DNA from: an uncultured delta proteobacterium | GTDB lineage: Bacteria; Desulfobacterota; Binatia; Binatales; Binataceae | Length of the DNA stretch: 64,000 nt | NCBI GenBank assembly: GCA_963724765.1 | Contig: CAVRVY010000003.1 | Location: 1,216,001-1,280,000, forward strand | Direction: 5' to 3' | Part shown: one piece after another, positions 18,824-27,439 of the stretch | Layout: each line of letters starts with the position of its first letter | Position numbering within the stretch: the first letter of the stretch is position 1 | Translations under genes and position numbers: made by a program | The notes under the pieces: generated by a model | Seen by the model: only the letters and a program-made list of their open reading frames with translations | What the model was told of the DNA's origin: nothing | The model's database searches: none

Positions 18824-19195
18824 ATGAAGAACTTGAATAAAGCTAATTCTCGCGGGGCGATGGTTGTGATGGCGGTGCTGTCGCTGGTCGTGACCTTTGC
18901 GCTGGCAGGATGCGGCCCGCAGGGGATGTCCACGACTACGGAAGGAACGCTGGGCGGTGGCGTGCTGGGCGGCGGTGCCGGCGCCCTGATCGGTGCGGCA
19001 GTGGGGCATCCGATCGCCGGTGCCGCGATCGGCGGCGCGCTTGGCGCGGGCGGCGGCTACGTGGTGGGCAACTCGATGCAGAACCAGCAGACCGCAACTC
19101 AGCAGCAGGAAGGACAGATTCAGGCCCAGCAGCAACAGCTCGAAAGTCAGCGCCTCCAGATCCAGCAGCTTCAGCAGCAACAGCAGACCGAATAG
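18824..19195 (+). CDS. Glycine-zipper lipoprotein with Gln-rich tail (paralog 3); start may be 18806
   Basis: LAGC lipobox; EGTLGGGVLG...GNSMQN; ends QQTE. Confidence 0.88.
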   Translation: MKNLNKANSRGAMVVMAVLSLVVTFALAGCGPQGMSTTTEGTLGGGVLGGGAGALIGAAVGHPIAGAAIGGALGAGGGYVVGNSMQNQQTATQQQEGQIQAQQQQLESQRLQIQQLQQQQQTE

Positions 19196-19238
19196 CGTGA
19201 CAGTAAAGCGGACGTAAATACGAGACTGAATGAACGAC

Positions 19239-19286
19239 GTGCGGCGCGGGCCCGGGCGGGCTCCGCGCCGCATGCGTTTTTGGTTT
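19239..19286 (+). terminator. Rho-independent terminator after lipoprotein trio
   Basis: Stem gtgcggcgcgg...ccgcgccgcat followed by gcgtttttggttt. Confidence 0.6.
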
Positions 19287-19302
19287 CGCTCAGCCTGGCG
19301 CG

Positions 19303-20178
19303 CTAGGCCGGATGGCAGAGCTTGCAAGCACGCAGTCCCGCACTGCGCGCGCGTCCCGAATTGGCAAAGATGAGCGATTTCGCGGGGTCGGCGCGCATCG
19401 CCGCATGGCATTGCGGACGGCAGAAGATGTGCGTCACCAAATGTCCCATCACGCTGCCCACCGGCAATCGATGATCGCGAGCTACGCTGAAGCCCTCGGC
19501 GCGCAACAACTTGATCTTGCGCGACACGCCGCCGCCGTAGTTGCCGATCGTGCCGTCGGAGCGGATCACGCGATGGCATGGGACGTAGAGCGGCACCGGA
19601 TTGGTGGCCATCGTATTGCCAATCGCGCGTTGGCCCGACGGCGCGCCGACCGCTGCTGCAAGTGCCTGGTAGGTGATGACCGAGCCGGGCGGTACCGCAC
19701 GGCGAAGCCGCATCAGCGCGCGCCGCTGGAAATCTGTCCGCACCAGGCTGAGGTCAACCGGACGGTCGAGCGCATGCATGTCGCCGCGTAGGTAGCGCTC
19801 GATCTCGCGCCCGATACGCGCGGCGACGCGCGCGTCCTCGACCAGGTCGAAGCTCTCCTTCAACGCCGCCAGCGCGTCGGGTGCGTCGGGCACGTCGAGG
19901 AACTGCACTGCGAGCAGGCCGCGCGCGCTCTCGGCGACCAGCAGGCGGCCGACCGGCGAGTCAATCACACCGACGCGTGCGAGCGGCCTGCGCGCACGGC
20001 CAAGCGTCCGTGCCAGCTTTGAACGCACCGCACGCAGCGCCGCGTCGACCGCGGCGTCGTCGGGCGCGCTGTCCATCCCGAGCGGCCCGTCATCGTCGAG
20101 CATCTCGCGCATCAGTATTTCGTTCTTGAGCGTCTCATTCACGATGTTCACCGTCCTGGATGTCGCCGCCTTGCGCAT
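19303..20178 (-). CDS. ogt: Methylated-DNA-protein-cysteine methyltransferase (Ogt) with N-terminal extension and C-terminal Ada metal-binding domain
   Basis: DSPVG, FQRR, TY..LA, NPVP..VPCHRV; C-terminal IFCRPQC...AGLRACKLCHP; TAATG overlap with upstream sigma gene. Confidence 0.88.
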   Translation of the reverse strand: MRKAATSRTVNIVNETLKNEILMREMLDDDGPLGMDSAPDDAAVDAALRAVRSKLARTLGRARRPLARVGVIDSPVGRLLVAESARGLLAVQFLDVPDAPDALAALKESFDLVEDARVAARIGREIERYLRGDMHALDRPVDLSLVRTDFQRRALMRLRRAVPPGSVITYQALAAAVGAPSGQRAIGNTMATNPVPLYVPCHRVIRSDGTIGNYGGGVSRKIKLLRAEGFSVARDHRLPVGSVMGHLVTHIFCRPQCHAAMRADPAKSLIFANSGRARSAGLRACKLCHPA

Positions 20179-20744
20179 TACCGGATCGCCTTGAGCTTTT
20201 TCAGCGCCTGGTAGACGCTGGCCCGCGCGCTGTCCGCCGAGCACTCCAGCGCCGCGCCGATTTCCTCGTATTCGAGTCCCGCGAACTTGCGCATCACCAG
20301 GGCCTGGCCCTGTTTGTGGGGCAGTGCCGCGATTGCGCGCCGGAGATGGATCGCGCCCTCGTGTCCGCCGCGGTCGGCGGACGCGGACGTAGGGTTATGA
20401 TCGCCATCGGTGGGATCGTCGCCGTTGCTTATCACGCGCGCCCGCCGCATATTGTCGCGCGCGCGGTTGCGGCAGAGATTGGTCGCGATTCGGTATAGCC
20501 ACGGCCGCAGACCCTGCTCCGAGTCGAGTTGCGGATAGGCGCGGTATGCGCGCAGCCAGGTCTCCTGAAAGAGATCGAGCGCGTCGTTCTGATCGCGGGT
20601 CATGCGCAGCAGAAAGCGCATGATCTCGCGCTCGTGGCGGCCGAGCGCTTCCTCGAACGGAGGCGGCAACGTGAGTTTTTTTGCCGTGGCTTCCATGGCG
20701 TAGGTTATAACCCCGCTCGAGGTCTGGCGTGAATCGGCGATCAT
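20178..20744 (-). CDS. ECF-type RNA polymerase sigma-70 factor
   Basis: DALDLFQETWLRAY, WLYRIATN (region 2); LP...GLEYEEIG...S (region 4). Confidence 0.92.
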   Translation of the reverse strand: MIADSRQTSSGVITYAMEATAKKLTLPPPFEEALGRHEREIMRFLLRMTRDQNDALDLFQETWLRAYRAYPQLDSEQGLRPWLYRIATNLCRNRARDNMRRARVISNGDDPTDGDHNPTSASADRGGHEGAIHLRRAIAALPHKQGQALVMRKFAGLEYEEIGAALECSADSARASVYQALKKLKAIR

Positions 20745-20852
20745 GGTGCCCCGGCAGTTCGGCCGTTCCTCTACCCTGTCGGGCGCGGAGCGATTAGAGT
20801 TGACGGCGACCGCTGTAGATTCACGTCGCCGCCTGCTCTAACGGGGAAAACG

Positions 20853-21545
20853 ATGGGAGCCGTCGGACTGATTGCGCTGTGGGCCGCACTATTCCTGGCC
20901 GGCCATTTCATCCTGTCCTCGGATGCCGTGCGCGGAGCGATCGTCGGGGCGGTCGGCGAGCAGCCTTTTCGCGGCATCTATTCGCTGGTCGCGCTGGGGA
21001 CCTTCATCCCGCTGGTCTTTGTGTTCGCCCATCACAAGCATGCGGGCGCGATGCTGTGGAACCTGCGCGGGGTCGCGCCGCTACGATGGCTGGTGTGGCT
21101 GATGATGCTGGTCGCGCTGATAATGTGGGTCGCGTCGCTGATAACCCCCAATCCGGTGGCGCTCGGCGCGCCGGATAATCTCACGCCGCGCGGCATCCTC
21201 AAGCTCACGCGCCATCCGGGCTTCGTCGCGTTCGCGATCTTCGGCTTCGCGCACATGCTGATGAATGGATGGATCGGCGACCTGGTGTTTTTCGGCACGT
21301 TTCCCGTGCTGGGCATCTTCGGCGGCCTGCATCAGGACCGTCGCAAACTGCGCGCGATAGGCGAGCGCTACCGCCGTTTTGTCGAGCAGACCTCGTTCAT
21401 GCCCGGGGCGGCGCTGCTCAATGGGCGCCAGCGATGCCATCCGGCCGAGGACGTGCCGTGGCTCGCGATCGCAATCGGCGTGGTGCTGACGGTCGTGCTA
21501 ATCGCGATTCATCCATGGGCCTTCGGCGGCCATCCGCTGGGTTAG
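20853..21545 (+). CDS. NnrU-family membrane protein
   Basis: F..H, FRGIYSLVAL, GILKLTRHP, AHML.NG, HQDRR, TSFMP. Confidence 0.85.
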   Translation: MGAVGLIALWAALFLAGHFILSSDAVRGAIVGAVGEQPFRGIYSLVALGTFIPLVFVFAHHKHAGAMLWNLRGVAPLRWLVWLMMLVALIMWVASLITPNPVALGAPDNLTPRGILKLTRHPGFVAFAIFGFAHMLMNGWIGDLVFFGTFPVLGIFGGLHQDRRKLRAIGERYRRFVEQTSFMPGAALLNGRQRCHPAEDVPWLAIAIGVVLTVVLIAIHPWAFGGHPLG

Positions 21546-21623
21546 AGCCGCATTCCTTTGCCTGCGATTCTTGTCATGCCTTCGCCCGCGGTTTGTACGC
21601 GAGAGAGGGCGGGCGTGGAGCAA

Positions 21624-22409
21624 CTAACGCGCGGGCAATCTGAACAGGCGCGCGGCGTTGTCGCAAATCCGCGCGGCGAGCGCCGATGCATTAGCGCCGC
21701 GCAGCGCGGCCATCACCTCGAAGGTGCGGCGGACGTAGGCGGGCTCGTTGGGTTTGCCGCGATAGGGCTCGGGCGCGAGATAGGGCGCGTCGGTTTCGAT
21801 CAGCAGGCGGTCCTCCGGCACGACCATCGCGGCCACCCGCAACGCGTCGGCCTTCTTGAACGTGAGAATGCCGGAGAACGAGACATAAAAGCCGAGTTCG
21901 ACGAACTCGCGCGCCGCGCCGGCGTCGCCGGTGAAGCAATGGATCATCCCGCCGGCCGGGGGGAGACCCGTTTCGCGAACGATCTCGCAAAGCCGCCGCT
22001 CGGCGTCGCGGCAATGAATCATCACCGGACGATCGAGCGCGCGGGCAAGTTCCAGATGCCTCCTGAGCGAGCGCTCCTGCGCGTCGGCTGGCGAGTGCAG
22101 GTAGTGAAAATCCAGTCCGGTCTCGCCGATCGCGACCACTTTCGGCGAGCGCGCGAGCGCGGCGAGCGCCGCGACGCGTGGCTCGTCGCAATCGGAGGCG
22201 TTGTGCGGATGAACTCCGACGGCGGCGAAGACCTGCGGATGCCGCTCGGCGATCTCGACCGTCAGGCGGTCGGTCTCGATCGTGTCGATCGCGCCGACCG
22301 CGACGATCGTGCCCACCGCGGCATCGGATGCGCGCGCAAGCGCGCCGTCGAGGTCAGGATAGAGCCGCGGGTCGGCCAGATGACAATGCGCGTCGAGGAT
22401 CGTGTCCAT
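21624..22409 (-). CDS. tatD: TatD-family hydrolase/DNase
   Basis: DAHCHL, GVHPH, AIGETGLD, IHCR, IHCFTG, ETDAPYLAP. Confidence 0.95.
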   Translation of the reverse strand: MDTILDAHCHLADPRLYPDLDGALARASDAAVGTIVAVGAIDTIETDRLTVEIAERHPQVFAAVGVHPHNASDCDEPRVAALAALARSPKVVAIGETGLDFHYLHSPADAQERSLRRHLELARALDRPVMIHCRDAERRLCEIVRETGLPPAGGMIHCFTGDAGAAREFVELGFYVSFSGILTFKKADALRVAAMVVPEDRLLIETDAPYLAPEPYRGKPNEPAYVRRTFEVMAALRGANASALAARICDNAARLFRLPAR

Positions 22410-22432
22410 ATCAGTTTTCGACGAGCACTCGA

Positions 22433-23662
22433 TCAATTTTCGACCAGGACTTGGTGGCCGTTGGCGGCTAGCGCCTCGCGGATGCGCTCGATATGGCCGT
22501 GGCCGCGCGTCTCGAGTTCCAGCGTGACGCGCGCGCCGCCGATCCGGACGTCGCGCCGCGTGCGGTCGTGTTGGATCGCATGCACGTTGGCGCCCTGCTC
22601 GGCGATCACGGCGAGCAATCGCCCCAGCTCTCCCGGCCGGTCCCGCATCTCCACGGTCAGCCGCATCAGCCGCCCCGCCTTGGCGAGTCCGTGCCCGATG
22701 ATCCGGTCGAGCAGGTTGACGTCGATATTGCCGCCGCTCACCACAATCACCACGCGTCGCCCGGCGATCGCGCCGCCCAGCTTCAGCGCGCCGGCCAGCG
22801 CCGCCGCGCCCGCGCCCTCGGCCAGCAACTTCATCCGCTCGAGCATCAGCAGCACCGCCTCGCCGATCTCGAAGTCGTCGACCGTCACTACGCGGTCGAG
22901 GCGGTCGCGCACGATCTCGAACGCCAACCGCCCGACGCGTCCGGTGGCAAGGCCGTCGGCGATAGTGTCGACTGCGGTTGGCACGGTGGAGGGCACGCCC
23001 TGACCGAGGCTGAGGCTGAGTTGCGCCGAGCCCGCAGCCTCGACGCCGATCAGTTTCGCTCGCGGGGCATGCGCGGCAAGCGCGCAAGCGATTCCCGCGA
23101 TCAAGCCACCGCCGCCCACCGGCACCAGCACGAAGTCGGGCGCGAGTTCAGCGGCGATTTCCAGGCCGACCGTACCCTGCCCGGCGATCACGAACGGATC
23201 GTCGTAGGCGTCGACGAACAGTGCGGCGGTGCGCGCGCAGATTTCCTCGGCGGCGCGACGGGCTTCGAGGTAGTCGATACCGGCAAGCTCGACCGTCTGG
23301 CCGTAGCTGCGCGTCGCATCGATTTTGGCGATCGCGGCCGTCGTCGGCATCACGATCGTCGCGCGCACGCCCGCGCGCGAGGCGGCACAGGCAAGCGCCT
23401 GGCCATGATTGCCGGCCGACGCGGCGACTACGCCGCGCGCGGCCTCGGTGGGCGAAAGCGCCGCGACTCGGTTGTACGCCCCGCGAATCTTGAACGAGCC
23501 GGTCTTCTGCAGGTTCTCGGGCTTGAGGTAGACCTCCGCGGCGAGCATCTGTGAAAGCGTCGCGCTATGGATGAGCGGGGTCGGCTTGACGATTCCCGCC
23601 AGCCGCTCGCGCGCAAGCTCGAGGTCTTCGATTGTGACGCTTTCGGAAATCGTCGCGCTCAT
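22433..23662 (-). CDS. ilvA: Threonine ammonia-lyase with C-terminal ACT domain
   Basis: KPENLQKTGSFKIRGA, SAGNH, GQGT, VGGGGL, SGGNID, DRPGEL. Confidence 0.92.
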   Translation of the reverse strand: MSATISESVTIEDLELARERLAGIVKPTPLIHSATLSQMLAAEVYLKPENLQKTGSFKIRGAYNRVAALSPTEAARGVVAASAGNHGQALACAASRAGVRATIVMPTTAAIAKIDATRSYGQTVELAGIDYLEARRAAEEICARTAALFVDAYDDPFVIAGQGTVGLEIAAELAPDFVLVPVGGGGLIAGIACALAAHAPRAKLIGVEAAGSAQLSLSLGQGVPSTVPTAVDTIADGLATGRVGRLAFEIVRDRLDRVVTVDDFEIGEAVLLMLERMKLLAEGAGAAALAGALKLGGAIAGRRVVIVVSGGNIDVNLLDRIIGHGLAKAGRLMRLTVEMRDRPGELGRLLAVIAEQGANVHAIQHDRTRRDVRIGGARVTLELETRGHGHIERIREALAANGHQVLVEN

Positions 23663-23692
23663 TTCTTCCACCCGCACCGCGCGCGCGGCTAC

Positions 23693-24046
23693 TCAATGCT
23701 GATGCGGATGCGGAGTGAAGCGGCGCTCGCGCGAGGCGCCGAAGGAATTCCCCTCGAACTCGACCTGGACGCATTCGCCGCTTCGCCAATCCAGATCGAG
23801 CAGAAGGTAGCGGACCGCGCGCTGCTTGACCGCGTTGACCAGCGAGGCGACCTGGGCCGGATCGGCCGGGTCGATCGCGCCGGTCTCGGCGGCGTCGAGA
23901 TGGCTTGCGGCGACGAACTCGCGCGCGCGCTGTTCGCTCGAAAATCCCAGCACGCCGGCCCAATGCGTGCCCTCTTCCTGGTAAACGATCAGCGCGCCCG
24001 AGGAGTCGAGCAGCAGATGCAATTCCTTTGCGGCAAGCGCGTTCAA
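23693..24046 (-). CDS. Hypothetical protein (weak SseB-like F-S-S...A..F pattern)
   Basis: 4-bp overlap with upstream gene; host-like codon usage. Confidence 0.65.
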   Translation of the reverse strand: MNALAAKELHLLLDSSGALIVYQEEGTHWAGVLGFSSEQRAREFVAASHLDAAETGAIDPADPAQVASLVNAVKQRAVRYLLLDLDWRSGECVQVEFEGNSFGASRERRFTPHPHQH

Positions 24047-24381
24047 GCCGCCTCGATCCTGAGCCGGCCGGCGCGCAGCGCCTCGGCGCGCTCGTGCACC
24101 AGCGCGGGGTAGGTGTAGTAGTGATCGCCGCTTAAGCGCAGGAAGGACGCGACGTCGACGTCGTCGAGGCGCATCTCTCCGATCCGCGCCTCGGCTGCGT
24201 CGCGGCTGGGGGCTTTCAGGACGGTGTCGTAAATCGTGCGCGCCTGCTCGGAGAGAAAGTCCTCGCGCGGCGGCAGCGCCGCGGGCGGAAGTTTGCCGGC
24301 GTGGAAATTGTCGAGGATATAGCGCAGTGCCTTGAGTTCGTGGCGCAACACGTCGATTTGCTTCAGAGTCTTGTCGGGCAT
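24043..24381 (-). CDS. Hypothetical helical protein, possibly DnaB N-terminal-like domain
   Basis: E..AL..IL....P.EDF.S...R.IY pattern. Confidence 0.65.
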   Translation of the reverse strand: MPDKTLKQIDVLRHELKALRYILDNFHAGKLPPAALPPREDFLSEQARTIYDTVLKAPSRDAAEARIGEMRLDDVDVASFLRLSGDHYYTYPALVHERAEALRAGRLRIEAA

Positions 24382-24469
24382 CACTCAGAAGCTTATCGCC
24401 GCCGCGCGGGTCAGTTCAACGCGGCCCTTAAGGGCGCGGGGCGATGCTTGCGGGCGGTCAGGAGCGCGG

Positions 24470-25345
24470 CTAGCTGCGGGTCAGGCGATGGACCATGCCG
24501 AGATGGCGCAGCGCCTCGCGCTTGCGGCCCATCGATTCGTACAGCTCGGCCAGGTTGCGATGCGCCGCGAGCGAGAGCGGATCGCATTCCGTCGCACGCA
24601 CGAAGCTCCCGAGCGCATTTTGCGGGTCCTCGCGGCGGCGATAGATCAGGCCCAGGCGCACATGGACCTCGGCGTTGGTGGGAACGATCGCCGCGGCGCC
24701 GAGCAGTGCGCGCAACGAACCGGCGAGGTCGCCCTCGCGCTCCAGCAGTCCGGCGAGATCGATATGCGCTTCGAAATTGCCCGGCTCGCGTCCCAGCAGT
24801 TCGCTGTACAGCGTCAGTGCGCGCAGCGGGTCGCTTTCGGCCAGCCGGCGCGCTTCCTCGAAGCGTTCGCGCACGCGGGCCGGGCCGAAACGCTCCTCGA
24901 CCTTGCCTGGCGCCGGCGGCGCGTCAAAGTTGAGCAGGATCTGACCGCTCATCGCCTCGACCATCACGTTGCCGTCGCGCACCACGATCTGGCCCTCGTA
25001 ATTGGCGAGCCTGAGCGAGGTGACCGGCCGTGCCGGTCCGAACATCCCGCGTACCCGCTCCAAGCATCGGCGCACCGGGTCCAGATGACGGTGCGTCGGA
25101 AGCAGTTCCTTGGCCAGGCGCATCACCAGCAGATCGTCGAAGCCGAAACGCATCTGGCGTCCGCCCTTCAAAGGCCGCACCAGCGAGCGTTTGACCCAGT
25201 AGCGAATCCGATCGGGCGAGATTGCGAGAATACGCGCCGCCGCGCGGGTCGAAAAAGTGTGCGCGCGCCTTACCGCCGCATCGTCCAACGTCCCCACCAC
25301 GGCCCGAGTATAAAAACTAGTCCGTGGCGTCTCAACGCCGTCCAT
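24470..25345 (-). CDS. MerR-type HTH protein with C-terminal TPR repeats
   Basis: FSTRAAARILAISPDRIRYW..LV.P...FGFDDL; TPR motifs EAHIDLA, EVHVRLG, AAHRNLA. Confidence 0.85.
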   Translation of the reverse strand: MDGVETPRTSFYTRAVVGTLDDAAVRRAHTFSTRAAARILAISPDRIRYWVKRSLVRPLKGGRQMRFGFDDLLVMRLAKELLPTHRHLDPVRRCLERVRGMFGPARPVTSLRLANYEGQIVVRDGNVMVEAMSGQILLNFDAPPAPGKVEERFGPARVRERFEEARRLAESDPLRALTLYSELLGREPGNFEAHIDLAGLLEREGDLAGSLRALLGAAAIVPTNAEVHVRLGLIYRRREDPQNALGSFVRATECDPLSLAAHRNLAELYESMGRKREALRHLGMVHRLTRS

Positions 25346-25448
25346 GGCGATCTTTTAACAGCGCCCTGTTGAGAGGCTGTCAGCAGAACTTGCCGCTCAG
25401 CGATAGGGCGGCCGCCATTCGCATGCGGCTCGCGCCACGATAAGCGGG

Positions 25449-25862
25449 CTATTCGCCGATTTCCTTGAGCGTGCGCACCATCCGGACCGCCGCCTCGACT
25501 GCGTTGCGCGCGTTGTCGATTCGGTCGAGCGCCTGTTCGCGGGTCATCCCCGGCCCGGTCATCCCGAGCGCGACCGGCTTGTCGAACTGCAGCGCCAGGT
25601 CGGCGGCGGCGCGCGCGGCGGCGTGCGCGACCACCTCGTCGTGCCCGGTGTCGCCCTTAATCACGGTGCCGATTACCACCACCGCGTCGACGTCCTTGCG
25701 CCGCACCAGTTTTTTGATCGCCGGGCCCATGTCGAACACGCCCGGGACGTGGACCACGTGGCTCACCTCGACCCCGAGGAAGGCGGCGTGGCGCCGGGCC
25801 CGCTCCTCCATCGCGGAGGTCACGTCAAAGTTGAACTCCGACACTACCATCGCGATTTTCAC
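25449..25862 (-). CDS. ribH: 6,7-dimethyl-8-ribityllumazine synthase (archaeal-type sequence)
   Basis: [35 protein letters not shown]; GTGA overlap with hisF. Confidence 0.92.
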   Translation of the reverse strand: MKIAMVVSEFNFDVTSAMEERARRHAAFLGVEVSHVVHVPGVFDMGPAIKKLVRRKDVDAVVVIGTVIKGDTGHDEVVAHAAARAAADLALQFDKPVALGMTGPGMTREQALDRIDNARNAVEAAVRMVRTLKEIGE

Positions 25863-26659
25863 ATGCCGCTCCTCTCTTCCAGGTGGATCGCCTCGCGAAT
25901 TTCGACTCCGCCCGCGCGCAAGTAGCGCTTGAGGTCGGGAATCGTACACTCGCCGTAATGGACGATCGAGGCGACGATCGCGGCGTCGGCGCCGCCCGCG
26001 GTAAACGCGTCGAGCAGATGGCGCGGCTCGCCGGCGCCGCCCGAGGCGATCACCGGGATTCCCACCCCGTCCGCGATCATCCGGGTTATTTCGAGATCGT
26101 AGCCGGCCTTGGTGCCGTCGGCGTCGATCGAGTTGATACACAATTCGCCGGCGCCCAGACGCTCGCCCTCGCGCGACCATTCTAACGCGTCGCGCCCGGT
26201 CGGCGTGCGTCCACCGTCGATTATGACCTCGTGGCCCGAGGGCAGCCCCGCCCGTCCCGTGCGCTTGACTTGCATCGAGAGCACGACGCACTGACTGCCA
26301 AAGGCGCGCGCGCCGGCCGCAATCAGGCTCGGATCGCGCACCGCGCCCGAGTCGATCGAGACTTTCTCTGCCCCCGCCAGCAGCACCGTGCGCATATCCT
26401 CGAGCGTGCGCAAGCCGCCGCCGACGCTGAACGGGATGAAAATTTCACGCGCCACCGCGCGCACCACTTCGATCATGATCTCGCGCTGCTCGTTGGAGGC
26501 CGTGATGTCATAGAAGACCAGCTCGTCGGCGCCCTGCTCGTAGTAGTAACGCGCCATCGCGACCGGGTCGCCGACGTCGGCGTTGTCCAGGAACTGGACG
26601 CCCTTGGTGACCTTGCCCGCCCGCACGTCGAGGCAGGGGATGATGCGTTTGGCGATCAC
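25859..26659 (-). CDS. hisF: Imidazole glycerol phosphate synthase cyclase subunit
   Basis: [41 protein letters not shown]. Confidence 0.96.
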   Translation of the reverse strand: MIAKRIIPCLDVRAGKVTKGVQFLDNADVGDPVAMARYYYEQGADELVFYDITASNEQREIMIEVVRAVAREIFIPFSVGGGLRTLEDMRTVLLAGAEKVSIDSGAVRDPSLIAAGARAFGSQCVVLSMQVKRTGRAGLPSGHEVIIDGGRTPTGRDALEWSREGERLGAGELCINSIDADGTKAGYDLEITRMIADGVGIPVIASGGAGEPRHLLDAFTAGGADAAIVASIVHYGECTIPDLKRYLRAGGVEIREAIHLEERSGM

Positions 26660-26663
26660 GGCG

Positions 26664-27284
26664 TCAGCTCTTGAGGCGGCAGAAGTTGTCGAGCAGGCGG
26701 AGCCCCGCGGCGCCGCTTTTTTCGAGATGGAACTGGGTGGCGACGACATTGTCGCGCGCGATCGCGGCACAAAACGGCACGCCGTGGTCGCTGGTCGCAA
26801 TCACCAGCGCCGGGTCGTCGGGAATCGGATAGTAGGAGTTGACGAAATAGAAGTGAGTATTGTCGGGAACGCCGCGAAACACTGGATGGGGCCGCGTCTG
26901 GCGCACGCGATTCCATCCGATCTGCGGAACTTTCAGCGGGCGGCCGTCGACCGCCGCCGGAAAGCGGACCACGCGCCCTGCGATAATTCCGAGGCAGCGG
27001 GCGTCGTCCTCCTCGCTTCGATCGAGCAGCACCTGGATCCCGATGCAGATGCCGAGGAATGGCTTGCCTGCGCGGACGACGTCGTTGCGCAGAACCTCGT
27101 CGAGTTCCAGCGTGCGCAGGTTCTCCATCGTGGCACCTGCGGCGCCGACGCCGGGCAGGATCACGCGGTCGGCGGCGCGCACGCGCTCGGGGCGGTCGGT
27201 AACCTCGCAGGGATAGCCGAGATGCTCGAGCGCTCGCGCGACGCTGGTGAGATTTCCCGCCTTGTAATCGACTATTGCAATCAT
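26664..27284 (-). CDS. hisH: Imidazole glycerol phosphate synthase glutamine amidotransferase subunit
   Basis: [42 protein letters not shown]. Confidence 0.95.
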   Translation of the reverse strand: MIAIVDYKAGNLTSVARALEHLGYPCEVTDRPERVRAADRVILPGVGAAGATMENLRTLELDEVLRNDVVRAGKPFLGICIGIQVLLDRSEEDDARCLGIIAGRVVRFPAAVDGRPLKVPQIGWNRVRQTRPHPVFRGVPDNTHFYFVNSYYPIPDDPALVIATSDHGVPFCAAIARDNVVATQFHLEKSGAAGLRLLDNFCRLKS

Positions 27285-27439
27285 CAGGGTTCTTGCGGGG
27301 TTCTTGCGCCAACCGCGCTGCGCAACCCGGGTAAGCATCTTAGCTTGAGCGCCCGGCCCGCGCGACATCGCTTTCCGGCCGATTCGTCGGCTGTCTGCGA
27401 GGCTTCCAAAGGCATCGCGATGCGACTTATCGGCCGCGC

